A stretch of DNA of 64,000 bases from Gammaproteobacteria bacterium. GTDB lineage: Bacteria; Pseudomonadota; Gammaproteobacteria; JAJFKG01. The translations under genes and the position numbers were made by a program. The stretch lies in contig OZ220716.1 in assembly GCA_965116795.1 (NCBI GenBank), positions 458,503-522,502 on the forward strand, read 5' to 3'. Below are positions 1 to 11,793 of the stretch, piece after piece (position 1 is the first letter of the stretch; each line of letters opens with the position of its first letter). The notes under the pieces were generated by a model that was not told the origin of the DNA, did not search any database, and was given only the letters and a program-made list of their open reading frames with translations.

Positions 1-1128
1 TGGTGGTGACAAACGCACTACCACTTCATGTGTCTCACGACTAATAATACCTCGCGATAACAATGCTAAACAAATATCGCGTGCACTGGCATATTCGGGA
101 TGCACTTCAATACCAATCATTAATCCTTTACCACGGATCGCTTTAATCGCAGGGCTGTTAATACGCTGTAACCCTGACATAAAAAATTTCCCAAGCTTGT
201 GTGCACGTTCAACTAATTGTTCATCACATAATACACTTAATGCTGCTTTACCCACAGCAGCTGCTAAGCAATATCCACCAAATGTGCTGCCATGTGTACC
301 TGGGGTAAATACATCCATAATCGGATTGTTGGCTAACACTAATGATACTGGAATTAAACCACCGCCTAGTGCTTTACCCAGGATCAAACAATCTGGTTTA
401 ACATGCTCGTGTTGCGACGCAATTAATTTTCCAGTACGTCCTAAACCTGTTTGAATTTCATCACACATTAATAATACATTATGCTTACGACATAAACGCG
501 CACATTCATGCAAATAACCATTCGGTGGCACGATAATCCCACCTTCACCTTGGATCGGTTCAACTAAAAATGCAGCGGTATTCGGTGTAATGGCTTGGGC
601 TAATGCATTAGGATCACCATAAGGGATTGTGGTAAACCCAGATGTAAAGGGACCAAAGTCCGCACGATAACCACCTTGTGTAGAAAAACCGGTAATAGTT
701 ACAGTGCGTCCATGAAAATTACCTTGACATGCAATAATCTCAGCACAATCTTCAGCTACACCTTTAACAGTATACGCCCATTTGCGTGCTGCTTTAATTG
801 CTGTTTCGACAGCTTCTGCACCCGTGTTCATCGGTAAACATTTATCATAACCAAATAACTCACACGCTGTTTTTAAAAAATCTCCCAATACATTGTTATG
901 ACATGCACGCGATACAATGCTTAATTGATTTGCTTGCGCAGTTAATGCAGCAACTAACTTTGGATGACAATGCCCATGACTAACTGCAGAATACGCTGCC
1001 ATCATGTCAATATAGGACTTGCCCTGCTTATCCCATAAACACGCACCCTCACCTTTAACAAACACAACAGGTAACGGATTATAATTATGTGCACCATATT
1101 GTATTTCTAGATCGATCATCGTTGACAT
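1..1128 (-). CDS. rocD: Ornithine--oxo-acid aminotransferase (3' end runs off the window)
   Basis: Not in the ORF track. Manual translation from ATG at 1128 gives MSTMIDLEIQYGAHNYNPLPVV...MNTGAEAVETAIKAARKW...NFHGRT...EPIQGEGG...DEIQTGLGRTG...LGKALGGG...HGSTFGG (class III PLP aminotransferase). Directly downstream of arginase. Confidence 0.93.
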   Translation of the reverse strand, partial: MSTMIDLEIQYGAHNYNPLPVVFVKGEGACLWDKQGKSYIDMMAAYSAVSHGHCHPKLVAALTAQANQLSIVSRACHNNVLGDFLKTACELFGYDKCLPMNTGAEAVETAIKAARKWAYTVKGVAEDCAEIIACQGNFHGRTVTITGFSTQGGYRADFGPFTSGFTTIPYGDPNALAQAITPNTAAFLVEPIQGEGGIIVPPNGYLHECARLCRKHNVLLMCDEIQTGLGRTGKLIASQHEHVKPDCLILGKALGGGLIPVSLVLANNPIMDVFTPGTHGSTFGGYCLAAAVGKAALSVLCDEQLVERAHKLGKFFMSGLQRINSPAIKAIRGKGLMIGIEVHPEYASARDICLALLSRGIISRETHEVVVRLSPP

Positions 1129-1132
1129 AATA

Positions 1133-2044
1133 CTATTTCCTTAATGCAAATAAACTGTGTGCTAACTTAGCAATGACTTGTTGGGTTTGTTGATTGTGAT
1201 CTAATGATGGATTGTATTCAGCAATCTCAGCACCCACCAAATTTGGATCACCACGTAATTGAGTGAACAGATCACAACAGGTATTTACATCAATGCCATC
1301 AGCAACCGGTGAGCCAACGCCAGGAACTTGTTTAGGAGCATATCCATCTAAGTCAATACTGATCCCATATGCAACTGTACCATTTTTCACGATAGTTAGC
1401 GCCTCTTGCAATACTTGCGCTAGACCACGTTGTTTAATCTCATCCATGTAAAAAACACGCACACCTAACTGTTGTAATAATGCAGCTTCACCAGATTCAA
1501 AGCTGCGCACACCGACTAAACAAACATGTTGTGGATCGAGCACACGTGTTGTATTGATATGGATTAACCGCTTATCACCATAACCTAACAGACATGCTAA
1601 TGGCATTCCATGAATACAGTTACTCAGAGAAGTTACAAAGGTATGGCTATCCATATGTGCATCTATCCACAACAAACCAAATGCTGCATTAACTGATAAT
1701 CCAGCTAACACGCCATACCAGGTACCAATCGCACATGAATGATCACCACCAATCGTTAAAAATGGTTGCCGTTTTGCGACGCATGCTGTTGTAATTTGAC
1801 TTAATGTGTTGCAATCAGCACTCACTTGATTAATTACCGTTTCTAATACGGCGGGATCATCAAGTGTCTCAATAGGTGTATTAATGATTGTATGCCATTG
1901 ACTGGAAAGATCAGAACATTTTTCAAAAACAGCATTGCTTTGCAAATCTAACGGGCCTGATTGACAACCCGGATCACGCGCACCAAGTCCCCAGGCAGCA
2001 CCAATTAATGCAAGTGGTAATGTTTGTGATAATTTCGATTGCAT
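1133..2044 (-). CDS. rocF: Arginase
   Basis: GGDHS, WIDAHMD, HGMP and SIDLD Mn-binding motifs; adjacent to rocD. Confidence 0.9.
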   Translation of the reverse strand: MQSKLSQTLPLALIGAAWGLGARDPGCQSGPLDLQSNAVFEKCSDLSSQWHTIINTPIETLDDPAVLETVINQVSADCNTLSQITTACVAKRQPFLTIGGDHSCAIGTWYGVLAGLSVNAAFGLLWIDAHMDSHTFVTSLSNCIHGMPLACLLGYGDKRLIHINTTRVLDPQHVCLVGVRSFESGEAALLQQLGVRVFYMDEIKQRGLAQVLQEALTIVKNGTVAYGISIDLDGYAPKQVPGVGSPVADGIDVNTCCDLFTQLRGDPNLVGAEIAEYNPSLDHNQQTQQVIAKLAHSLFALRK

Positions 2045-2066
2045 AATTATCTCAATATCAATTTAC

Positions 2067-2125
2067 TATACTCAAAGCGTTTTGACTGTAGCTGCCTCGC
2101 CTATAGTCAAAACGCAAAGAGTATT
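2067..2125. repeat. Short, internally deleted ERIC-like palindrome
   Basis: TATACTCAAAGCGTTTTGACTGTAG...CTATAGTCAAAACGCAAAGAGTAT; left arm identical to the copy at 26389. Confidence 0.8.
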
Positions 2126-2206
2126 AATAGCATAGCAAATTGACACAACAAGACACATTGCATTCTCAACAACACTCGGGTATCTTCACTACTATATACT
2201 GAGTCA

Positions 2207-3661
2207 GTGCGCAACTTTGTTCGTTGTTGTGCAATAAACCAGTTTGAATTAAGGCACAATCAATCAAACAAAGTTGAATATAAATTGAGCATTATTAACC
2301 GTTTTACCCAGCAGCTTACTACTGTATTACGCTCTTTACGATCACGTCCTGTCACAACAGCACAACAGTATCCTAACGCCATTATTATTCCGCGACAGCA
2401 GCACGGTATTTCACGCAAACAAATCAACGTTAATGCATTAAAAGTATTATACCGTTTACACAATGCTGGATTTAGTGCGTATTTAGTTGGCGGCAGTGTA
2501 CGTGATTTATTATTGCAACGTGCACCAAAAGATTTCGATGTTGCCACTAATGCGCATCCTGAAGAAGTACGTCGTTTATTTACTAATTGTCGCTTGATTG
2601 GACGACGCTTTCGTTTAGCGCATGTATTTTTTGGTAGAGACATTATTGAAGTCGCTACATTTCGTGCTCACCACCACGATGCAGATAATTCACAACAAGC
2701 TTATATGCAAAATGGACAAATTATTCGTGACAATGTTTACGGTACGATCGATGATGATGCACAACGGCGTGATTTTACGATTAATGCACTGTATTACAAT
2801 ATTGCTGATTTCTCAGTTGTTGATTTCAGCACAGGGATGGCAGACATCCAGCAAGGGATTATCCGCATATTAGGTGATCCTGAACAACGTTATCGTGAAG
2901 ATCCAGTACGGATGCTACGTGCCATTCGATTTGCAGTCAAAACAGGTTTTAATATTGAAAAAAATACTAAAACTCCACTGTTTAGTTACAGTCATTTACT
3001 GAAAAATGTGCCTAAAGCTCGCTTGTTTGAAGAAATCTGTAAGCTACTGTCTTCAGGACAAAGTGTGGCAGCCTTTGCTAAATTAGAACATTATCAGATG
3101 CTAGCATACTTGCTACCACTCACTGATGAACACATCAATAATACAAAACAACAACTCGACCAAGACACTATATTATATAATCGTCGCTTTATTGAGTCCA
3201 TGCTCGCTAATACTGACGAACGTATTGCTAATGGAAGGCCAGTTACCCCTGCTTTTTTCTTAGCAGTATTATTATGGCCAACACTGCAACAACACATGCA
3301 AGCACTGCTTGATAAAAGTATCCCAACATTTACTGCACTGGATATGGCAAGCAATCAAGTACTCGACATACAATTAACTATTTTTGCTATTCAAAAACGG
3401 TTCACATTAACTGTGCGCGATATTTGGTATTTACAATACCAATTGCCTGCAAGGTATCGTGCGCCTAATCTAATAACACGATTAAAATTTCGTGCTGGTT
3501 ATGACTTTCTATTACTGCGTGTGCAAAGTGGTGAACATCAATTAGCAGAATTAGCAACGTGGTGGACAGACTACCAAGAAGCAAATCCACAAGTAAAACA
3601 CGATATGATTGCTGCATTACCCAAACCAAAACGCCGTAAACGTCGACGCCAGCGCAAATGA
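2207..3661 (+). CDS. pcnB: Poly(A) polymerase I (start codon uncertain)
   Basis: YLVGGSVRDLL, PKDFDVAT, IGRRFRLAHV, RRDFTINAL, EDPVRMLRA motifs; basic C-terminal tail; followed by folK. Confidence 0.95.
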   Translation: MRNFVRCCAINQFELRHNQSNKVEYKLSIINRFTQQLTTVLRSLRSRPVTTAQQYPNAIIIPRQQHGISRKQINVNALKVLYRLHNAGFSAYLVGGSVRDLLLQRAPKDFDVATNAHPEEVRRLFTNCRLIGRRFRLAHVFFGRDIIEVATFRAHHHDADNSQQAYMQNGQIIRDNVYGTIDDDAQRRDFTINALYYNIADFSVVDFSTGMADIQQGIIRILGDPEQRYREDPVRMLRAIRFAVKTGFNIEKNTKTPLFSYSHLLKNVPKARLFEEICKLLSSGQSVAAFAKLEHYQMLAYLLPLTDEHINNTKQQLDQDTILYNRRFIESMLANTDERIANGRPVTPAFFLAVLLWPTLQQHMQALLDKSIPTFTALDMASNQVLDIQLTIFAIQKRFTLTVRDIWYLQYQLPARYRAPNLITRLKFRAGYDFLLLRVQSGEHQLAELATWWTDYQEANPQVKHDMIAALPKPKRRKRRRQRK

Positions 3662-4119
3662 AAAATACGATTTGTTATATTGGACTAGGTAGCAACTTAG
3701 CCAACCCACCGCAGCAATTACACACTGCCATTGCTAAATTATCTGCATTACCTTATATCCAGGTTATTAACATATCACAATTTTATCAGACAACACCGGT
3801 CGGCCCACAAGATCAGCCAGATTTTGTTAATGCCGTCGTAGCAATCGACACGTCTCTTAATGCCATAGATTTACTCAGTCAACTACAACATATTGAGCAA
3901 CAACAAGGACGAATACGTCAACAACGTTGGGGACCACGCACTTTAGATTTAGATTTATTGTTATATGGCGATGCTATTATTAATACGCCACAACTCACTG
4001 TGCCACATCCTGAATTACTAAACCGACGTTTTGTGATAGAACCTTTATTAGAAATCGCACCGATGCTGACATTGCCAGATGGCGGTTACTTAAGAGATCT
4101 CGCTAGTCATTTAAATTAA
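3658..4119 (+). CDS. folK: 2-amino-4-hydroxy-6-hydroxymethyldihydropteridine pyrophosphokinase
   Basis: YIGLGSNL, QPDFVNAV, RWGPRTLDLDLL, PHP; pcnB-folK synteny. Confidence 0.95.
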   Translation: MKNTICYIGLGSNLANPPQQLHTAIAKLSALPYIQVINISQFYQTTPVGPQDQPDFVNAVVAIDTSLNAIDLLSQLQHIEQQQGRIRQQRWGPRTLDLDLLLYGDAIINTPQLTVPHPELLNRRFVIEPLLEIAPMLTLPDGGYLRDLASHLN

Positions 4120-4595
4120 TAGGTCGACCGTTTGCTCGCTTGCCAGAGAGTCAACAATTCTTCGCATTCCTCACGCAAAAAATCTGGCACAATGTCGAGT
4201 TGTGCTTTGCCCAGACGGCACATGTCTTGATTAGAAATTGATAATTCACGAAAACCCAGACGGCTAACATCACTAATATTAGTACCATAGATAATCCGAT
4301 CGATATTGGCCCAATGAATCGCTGAAAAACACATTGGACAGGGCTCAGTGGTAGAATAAATTACGCAGCTTTGCAAGTCATAAGTTCCTAATACTTTACT
4401 AGCAAAACGGATGGCATTGACTTCAGCATGACAAGTGGCATCTTCTGATAAGACCGTATTATGAGCAATAGCAATGATATTGTCATCTTTGACGATACAA
4501 GCACCGAACGGCCCACCATCATCAGCATCAACACCAGTTTTAGCATTATCGATGGCGGCACGCATAAATGTAGCATCAAGGGGGGACTGTTTCAA
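4116..4595 (-). CDS. Nucleoside/guanine deaminase (cytidine deaminase fold)
   Basis: GGPFGA, HAEVNAIR, EPCPMC, AIHWA motifs; TTG start. Confidence 0.85.
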   Translation of the reverse strand: MKQSPLDATFMRAAIDNAKTGVDADDGGPFGACIVKDDNIIAIAHNTVLSEDATCHAEVNAIRFASKVLGTYDLQSCVIYSTTEPCPMCFSAIHWANIDRIIYGTNISDVSRLGFRELSISNQDMCRLGKAQLDIVPDFLREECEELLTLWQASKRSTY

Positions 4596-4735
4596 AAAAG
4601 TTAGCCCTTTAAATAACTAGAAAATACATTCTAACATTCTAACATTATTTGTAAATGCTAGTTAATCAAGTTTCCGGGATAATAGACAAAATGTGATGGT
4701 AAAACGAGTTTAGCTTAAGCTAATGATTTTTTAGG

Positions 4736-4936
4736 TTGCTTCGTTCAGAAGAAGATGATGATGCAGAATCAGTAGACATATTTAAATTGATTCATGCCAA
4801 GTATGCTGTTGCAATACATTTCGGTACTTTTCAATTAACTAATGAAACGTATACTGCACCGGTAACCGATTTAGAACACAGTTTAACAGCAGCACATATT
4901 TCAAATAAGCGTTTTCAAGTATTAGATGTTGGTTAG
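4736..4936 (+). pseudogene. C-terminal remnant of an MBL-fold (NAPE-PLD/RomA-like) hydrolase
   Basis: AIHFGTFQLTNE...P..DL...L...FQVLDVG resembles the C-terminus of this family; the N-terminal HxHxDH part is absent. Confidence 0.6.
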
Positions 4937-4962
4937 AGTTAGCAAGTGCCAATAAACTGATA

Positions 4963-7044
4963 TTATTGTTTGTATTTATTCAGCAACAATGCTTGTGCAT
5001 AAACAGGTTTGGCTTTTCCAGGTGTCAACCGTTTGTACGTTCCATTTGCTTGTAGGCGCCAGCTATGCGTATTATCAGATAATAATAATTCTAATGAATC
5101 TTGTCGTAATTGTTTCATTAATTTCTTATCTTCAACTGGAAAACACAATTCAACACGTTTATAAAAATTACGTGCCATAAAATCAGCACTGGCACAAAAT
5201 AATTTTTCATCGCCCCCATGGTAAAAATAAAAAACCCTACTGTGTTCTAAAAACTGTCCTAATACCGAATAAACACGGATATTCTTCGATATCCCTTTAA
5301 CACCCGGGCGTAGACAACAAATACCTCGAATAATTAAATCAATTTTAACGCCAGCATTAGATGCTTTATATAAAGCACGAATCACTTTTTCTTCGGTCAA
5401 TGAATTTACTTTTAATATAATGTGTGCACGTTTTCCTGCTGTTGCTTGTGCTATTTCAAACTTAATCATTTCCAAAATAAAGGTATGTAGACCAAATGGT
5501 GCATAGTGTAGTTTATGCAATGTATTGGCTTTGCCCATGCCAGTAATGTGTTGAAAGATACGCTGCACATCACGACCAATATCTTGATCATAGGTGAGCA
5601 AACCAACATCAACATATTGTTTGGCAGTCTTTTCATGGTAATTACCAGTTCCAAGGTGCACATAATGGCGTAACTTGCGGCCTTCACGACGCACGATTAA
5701 CGTCATTTTTGCATGGATTTTATAGCCCATTACACCATATACCACCAACGCCCCTGCCTCTTGCAATGTATTGGCTAATGCAATGTTATGTGCTTCATCA
5801 AAACGTGCACGCAATTCAACAACGACCGTAACTTGTTTACCTGCACGCGCTGCATTCGCCAGCGCATTAATCATTTCAGAATCGGCACTAATTCGATAAA
5901 TTGTTTGTTTAATGGCTAGCACATTGGGATCGGCTGTTGCTTGACGAATAAAATCAACAACAACAGTAAATTGTTGGTAAGGATGATACAGTAATACATC
6001 ACGTTGTTGGATGATTGCGAATAAGTCACCATTCTTTTTGTAATTAACTGGCATCGACGGTACAAAACTTGGATAACATAAATCGGATCTATCGACGACA
6101 TCTAACAAAGACATATAACGTGACAAGTTAACTGGGCCGGACACTGGGTATAAATCTTCAGTCGATAATCCGTGTTTTTTAAGCAAAAAATCAGATATCT
6201 CTACTGGACAGTCATCAGCAATTTCAAGGCGCACTGCACTGGCAAAGCGTTTTTCAATTAATTCTTGTTTTAATGCCAACGCTAAATCATCTGTATTACC
6301 CTCTTCTAATAATAAATCGCTATCACGGGTTAATCTAAATTGGTAACAACCCGTTACTTTCATCCCTGAAAATAATTCACTGGCATGGGTTTGAATAATT
6401 GTTGTTAATAATACAAAGTTATAGTGATGTTGTTCATCTTGATCTTCTGCTGGGATCTGAATCAGTCGTGGTAGCGATCGTGGTGCGTGCACAATGGCCA
6501 AGCCACTACCTCGCCCAAAAGCATCTTCTCCTTCCAGTGATACAATAAAATTTAAACTCTTATTAGCCAAACGCGGAAATGGATGTGCCAGATCCAATGC
6601 AACAGGGCTTAGCATTGGCAAGATATCCGTCATAAAATAACGCTGTAACCAATCGCGTTTGGTTTTGGTTAATTGTGCTTCAGTTAAAAACCTAACGTGT
6701 TGCTTTTCTAACTGTGGGATAAATTCATCATGAAACAATGTATGTAAACGTGTTTCCATAGCATGTGCACGTTCACTTAATTGATTTAATACATCACTAG
6801 GTGGTAATCCATCCGGATCAGTCGGCGTATTACTATACGTTAACTGTTGCTTTAGACCTGCTACCCGAATTTCAAAAAATTCATCTAAGTTAGCGCTGCA
6901 AATAAATAAAAAACGTAAGCGCTCCAACAGCGGAGTTTGTTTATCTTCAGCTAATGCCAATACACGTTCATTGAACTGCAGCAAACTGAGTTCACGATTA
7001 AGGTACCACTGTTTATCTTTGAGATCAGGTTGTGAATTTGCCAT
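4963..7044 (-). CDS. ppk1: Polyphosphate kinase 1
   Basis: NRELSLLQFNERVL, NLDEFFEIRVAGL, HPFP, LLYHPY, ELRARFDE, KIHAK, HLGTGNY, FLEHSR. Confidence 0.96.
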   Translation of the reverse strand: MANSQPDLKDKQWYLNRELSLLQFNERVLALAEDKQTPLLERLRFLFICSANLDEFFEIRVAGLKQQLTYSNTPTDPDGLPPSDVLNQLSERAHAMETRLHTLFHDEFIPQLEKQHVRFLTEAQLTKTKRDWLQRYFMTDILPMLSPVALDLAHPFPRLANKSLNFIVSLEGEDAFGRGSGLAIVHAPRSLPRLIQIPAEDQDEQHHYNFVLLTTIIQTHASELFSGMKVTGCYQFRLTRDSDLLLEEGNTDDLALALKQELIEKRFASAVRLEIADDCPVEISDFLLKKHGLSTEDLYPVSGPVNLSRYMSLLDVVDRSDLCYPSFVPSMPVNYKKNGDLFAIIQQRDVLLYHPYQQFTVVVDFIRQATADPNVLAIKQTIYRISADSEMINALANAARAGKQVTVVVELRARFDEAHNIALANTLQEAGALVVYGVMGYKIHAKMTLIVRREGRKLRHYVHLGTGNYHEKTAKQYVDVGLLTYDQDIGRDVQRIFQHITGMGKANTLHKLHYAPFGLHTFILEMIKFEIAQATAGKRAHIILKVNSLTEEKVIRALYKASNAGVKIDLIIRGICCLRPGVKGISKNIRVYSVLGQFLEHSRVFYFYHGGDEKLFCASADFMARNFYKRVELCFPVEDKKLMKQLRQDSLELLLSDNTHSWRLQANGTYKRLTPGKAKPVYAQALLLNKYKQ

Positions 7045-7089
7045 AAGCCAATCTAATACTTACTAATACATTAGCAGATCATCAGGTAT

Positions 7090-8106
<1,017 letters not shown>

Positions 8107-8150
8107 TTATAATGATGATTAACTGCAACAAGCCTAATGAGGCACAGAAT

Positions 8151-9410
8151 CTACTGGCGCTTCATTGCTTCAAAGAATTCAGTATTGGTTTTGGTATTGC
8201 GTAAGCGTTCGATTAAAAATTCAATGCTAGCAATTTCATCCATTGGATGCAGTAATTTGCGTAAAATCCACATTTTTTGTAATTCATCGGATTTAATTAA
8301 TAATTCTTCACGACGCGTACCTGAACGGTTAATGTTAATTGCTGGGTAAACACGTTTTTCAGCAATCCGTCTATCTAGGTGAATTTCCATGTTACCCGTG
8401 CCTTTAAATTCTTCGTAAATCACTTCATCCATTTTAGAACCGGTATCGACTAGTGCTGTGGCTAAAATGGTTAAGCTACCCCCTTCTTCAACATTACGCG
8501 CTGCTCCGAAAAATCGTTTAGGGCGCTGCAAAGCATTGGCATCCACACCACCAGTAAGCACTTTCCCCGACGCTGGCGCCACTGTGTTGTATGCCCGTGC
8601 CAAACGGGTAATCGAATCTAATAAAATAATCACATCTTTTTTGTGTTCTACTAATCGTTTAGCTTTTTCAATCACCATTTCTGCCACTTGCACATGGCGA
8701 GCAGCCGGTTCATCAAACGTACTCGCAATCACTTCACCACGCACTGAGCGCGCCATCTCTGTCACTTCTTCTGGACGCTCATCAATCAGTAACACCATTA
8801 AATGACATTCTGGGTAATTGTGCGCTAATGACTGTGCAATGTTTTGTAACATCAAGGTTTTCCCAGCTTTTGGCGGAGAAACGATTAAACCACGCTGTCC
8901 TTTACCAAAGGGAGCAGTTAAATCAATAATACGTGCCGTTAAATCTTCAGTACTTCCATTACCGCGTTCGATACTTAAACGTTCGTCTGCAAATAACGGG
9001 GTTAAGTTTTCAAATAAAATCTTATTGCGTGCATTTTCCGGTGCTTCAAAATTAATTTCGTTGACTTTAAGACAAGCAAAATAACGCTCACTTTCTTTAG
9101 GCGGACGGATTTTGCCAGAGATGGCATCGCCAGTACGCAAATTAAAACGGCGGATTTGACTTGGGGATACGTAAATGTCATCAGGTCCAGCCAGGTAAGA
9201 ACTGCCTGCTGAACGCAAAAAGCCAAATCCATCTTGCAAGATCTCAAGTACCCCATCACCATAAATATCTTCACCATTTCTCGCGTGTGCCTTTAAAATG
9301 GAAAAGATCATATCTTGCTTACGCGATCGCGCTAGATTATCTAACCCCATTTCTGCGGCTATCTTAGCCAAGTCAGCAGGCATTTTTGCCTTCAATTCAG
9401 TTAAATGCAT
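8151..9410 (-). CDS. rho: Transcription termination factor Rho
   Basis: [55 protein letters not shown]. Confidence 0.98.
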   Translation of the reverse strand: MHLTELKAKMPADLAKIAAEMGLDNLARSRKQDMIFSILKAHARNGEDIYGDGVLEILQDGFGFLRSAGSSYLAGPDDIYVSPSQIRRFNLRTGDAISGKIRPPKESERYFACLKVNEINFEAPENARNKILFENLTPLFADERLSIERGNGSTEDLTARIIDLTAPFGKGQRGLIVSPPKAGKTLMLQNIAQSLAHNYPECHLMVLLIDERPEEVTEMARSVRGEVIASTFDEPAARHVQVAEMVIEKAKRLVEHKKDVIILLDSITRLARAYNTVAPASGKVLTGGVDANALQRPKRFFGAARNVEEGGSLTILATALVDTGSKMDEVIYEEFKGTGNMEIHLDRRIAEKRVYPAININRSGTRREELLIKSDELQKMWILRKLLHPMDEIASIEFLIERLRNTKTNTEFFEAMKRQ

Positions 9411-9557
9411 ATATTGATACCTTTAGTGTGTTAAAAAAATTAGAGGGAATGACTACTTTTAAAGTGTATTATGATGTTGGTTATTCATTTACGTTAATTG
9501 GAGCGATATACTCTTCGTGATTTAACAGCATGCTTTGTTGACTACGTCCATTCACAA

Positions 9558-9890
9558 TTATACATTTTCATCTAAAAAGGCAGCTAGCTGTGACTTTGTT
9601 AATGCCCCTACTTTGGTTGCAACCACATTGCCTGATTTAAATAACAATAAGGTTGGGATCCCACGTACACCATATTGACGCGGCGTTTGCGTATTATCAT
9701 CAATATTGACTTTGGCAACACGAATACGGTCAGCATATTCACTGGCAATATCATCTAAAATGGGTGCGATCATTTTGCATGGGCCACACCATTCTGCCCA
9801 AAAATCAACTAATACCGGAATACTTGCTTGCAGTACATCAGCCTCAAACGAGGTGTCAGTAACTGCAATAACAGTAGATTGTTCGCTCAT
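9558..9890 (-). CDS. trxA: Thioredoxin
   Basis: WAEWCGPCK; trxA-rho synteny; start placed at ATG 9890 after a GAGG RBS. Confidence 0.96.
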   Translation of the reverse strand: MSEQSTVIAVTDTSFEADVLQASIPVLVDFWAEWCGPCKMIAPILDDIASEYADRIRVAKVNIDDNTQTPRQYGVRGIPTLLLFKSGNVVATKVGALTKSQLAAFLDENV

Positions 9891-10119
9891 GCATAGCCTC
9901 ACTTAACATAAATGATTATCTCTGGACAGCTGCCAAAGTTTATTTCTTCTAAAGTTGATACGTGGTGGATATTTACTGTAAGCAGTGTCGCGAATCCTAC
10001 ACCAATTCCTACATAAAGACAATACTATTTGCAACAGGACACGGATGATGGCCATCTAGTAGTAAGTTATTGGGTAAAACGGTAGCATGTTTACCATGAT
10101 TCAGCGATAATTTACGCCC

Positions 10120-11781
10120 ATGAGTACAACCAATCATCAAACTGTTTGGCAAGCATTAGCAACCCACCAACAAACGTTAGTAAACACGACGTTGTTATCT
10201 CAGTTTGCTAGTAATCCTAACCGTTTTCAACAGTATAGTTTGCAAGCCGCTGGGTTATTATTTGATTTTTCTAAGCAACACATTAACCAACAAACACTGC
10301 CATTATTACTCCAATTGGCACAAACGTGTGAACTAGAATCAGCTCGCACACGTTTATTTGCTGGAGACATAATGAATACTTCAGAACAACGCCCTGCATT
10401 GCATATGCTATGGCGCTGGTCTGAGCAAGCTACTTTCCCAACAGCTGTGATCAAACAAACGATCAAGCAAACGACTACGCAGCTGAATAACGTGAGTCAG
10501 GCAATACGTAATAGCGATATCACTGGGATCGACGGTGAGTCATTTACTGATATTATTCACATTGGTGTTGGGGGGTCGAGTACTGGCTGTAAACTGTTAT
10601 ATGATGTATTGAAACGAGCAGATAGCCACCGCGTACGTATTCACTTCGTTGAAACACTGGATGCGAGCCAATTGTATACTGTGCTTGATCATTGTCATCC
10701 AGCTACCACAGCGATTGTGATTGCGTCTAAGACATTTACTACTATCGAAACACAACATAATGCAACACTTGCTATCGATTGGTTAGTGTCACAGTTACCA
10801 GCACACAGTAAATCAGCGTTAATCAACACACATTGTTTTGCAATCACTGCTAACATTGAAAAAGCACATGCACTCGGGATTGATCCACAATACGTATTCC
10901 GTTTACCTGATTGGGTAGGTGGACGTTATTGCATTTGGTCAGCGATGCGCTTTTCGCTCATTGTTTCTGTTGGGACCCACTGTTTCGATGCTTTTCTAGC
11001 GGGTGCTTATGCGATGGACCAACACTTTTTAACAGCACCATTGGCTACCAACATGCCTGTTATTCATGGCTTATTACGTATTTGGTTACGTCATTTTTGG
11101 CAACAACCCTATTATGCAGTACTGCCATACGCACATGATTTGCGTAAATTGCCAACTTATTTACAACAATTGGATACAGAAAGTAATGGTAAGTCAGTTC
11201 ACCATGATGGCACACCTGTTAATAATGCAACTGCCCCACTACTCTGGGGAAGCGGTGAAACTCAAGCGCAACACAGCATCCATCAATGGCTACATCAAGG
11301 AACCGATGGTTGTCCAATTGATTTTATTACATGTGCACGTTTTGAGTTAAACTCACATGCACAACAAACAGCATCAGCGATGTTTGCACACTGCCTTAGT
11401 CAAAGCCTGTCATTAATGCAGGGTATATCGCAAGCGGCTTGTCAGCAGCAATTGATTGACAAGGGTCTATCTACAACCGACGCAGAACAACTCAGTCAAC
11501 ATCAAATGTTACCCGGAAATAGGGTGAGTAATACGATTATATTATCCAGTTTAAATGCCAATACATTAGGTGCATTGCTCGCACTGTATGAACACTCCAC
11601 GTTCGTGCAATCCGTCATTTGGCAAATAAATCCATTTGATCAGTGGGGAGTTGAACAAGGAAAGCATCTAGCTCAGCAATTACAAACACTATTAACTGAG
11701 CCAACTGCAAATAAACACGACATTGATACTAGTACCCATGGCTTAATCGAATTTTATCAGCAATATTGTCACACTAAGTGA
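10120..11781 (+). CDS. pgi: Glucose-6-phosphate isomerase
   Basis: IGVGGS, SKTFTTIET, WVGGRY, QQLDTESNGK, QH...HQGT, NPFDQWGVEQGK. Confidence 0.9.
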   Translation: MSTTNHQTVWQALATHQQTLVNTTLLSQFASNPNRFQQYSLQAAGLLFDFSKQHINQQTLPLLLQLAQTCELESARTRLFAGDIMNTSEQRPALHMLWRWSEQATFPTAVIKQTIKQTTTQLNNVSQAIRNSDITGIDGESFTDIIHIGVGGSSTGCKLLYDVLKRADSHRVRIHFVETLDASQLYTVLDHCHPATTAIVIASKTFTTIETQHNATLAIDWLVSQLPAHSKSALINTHCFAITANIEKAHALGIDPQYVFRLPDWVGGRYCIWSAMRFSLIVSVGTHCFDAFLAGAYAMDQHFLTAPLATNMPVIHGLLRIWLRHFWQQPYYAVLPYAHDLRKLPTYLQQLDTESNGKSVHHDGTPVNNATAPLLWGSGETQAQHSIHQWLHQGTDGCPIDFITCARFELNSHAQQTASAMFAHCLSQSLSLMQGISQAACQQQLIDKGLSTTDAEQLSQHQMLPGNRVSNTIILSSLNANTLGALLALYEHSTFVQSVIWQINPFDQWGVEQGKHLAQQLQTLLTEPTANKHDIDTSTHGLIEFYQQYCHTK

Positions 11782-11793
11782 CGGAACTTTACG

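Noticed and set aside
4627-4647. ACATTCTA 8-bp tandem repeat upstream of the deaminase as an operator
   Set aside because: Only ~2.5 copies in AT-rich DNA, with no independent support
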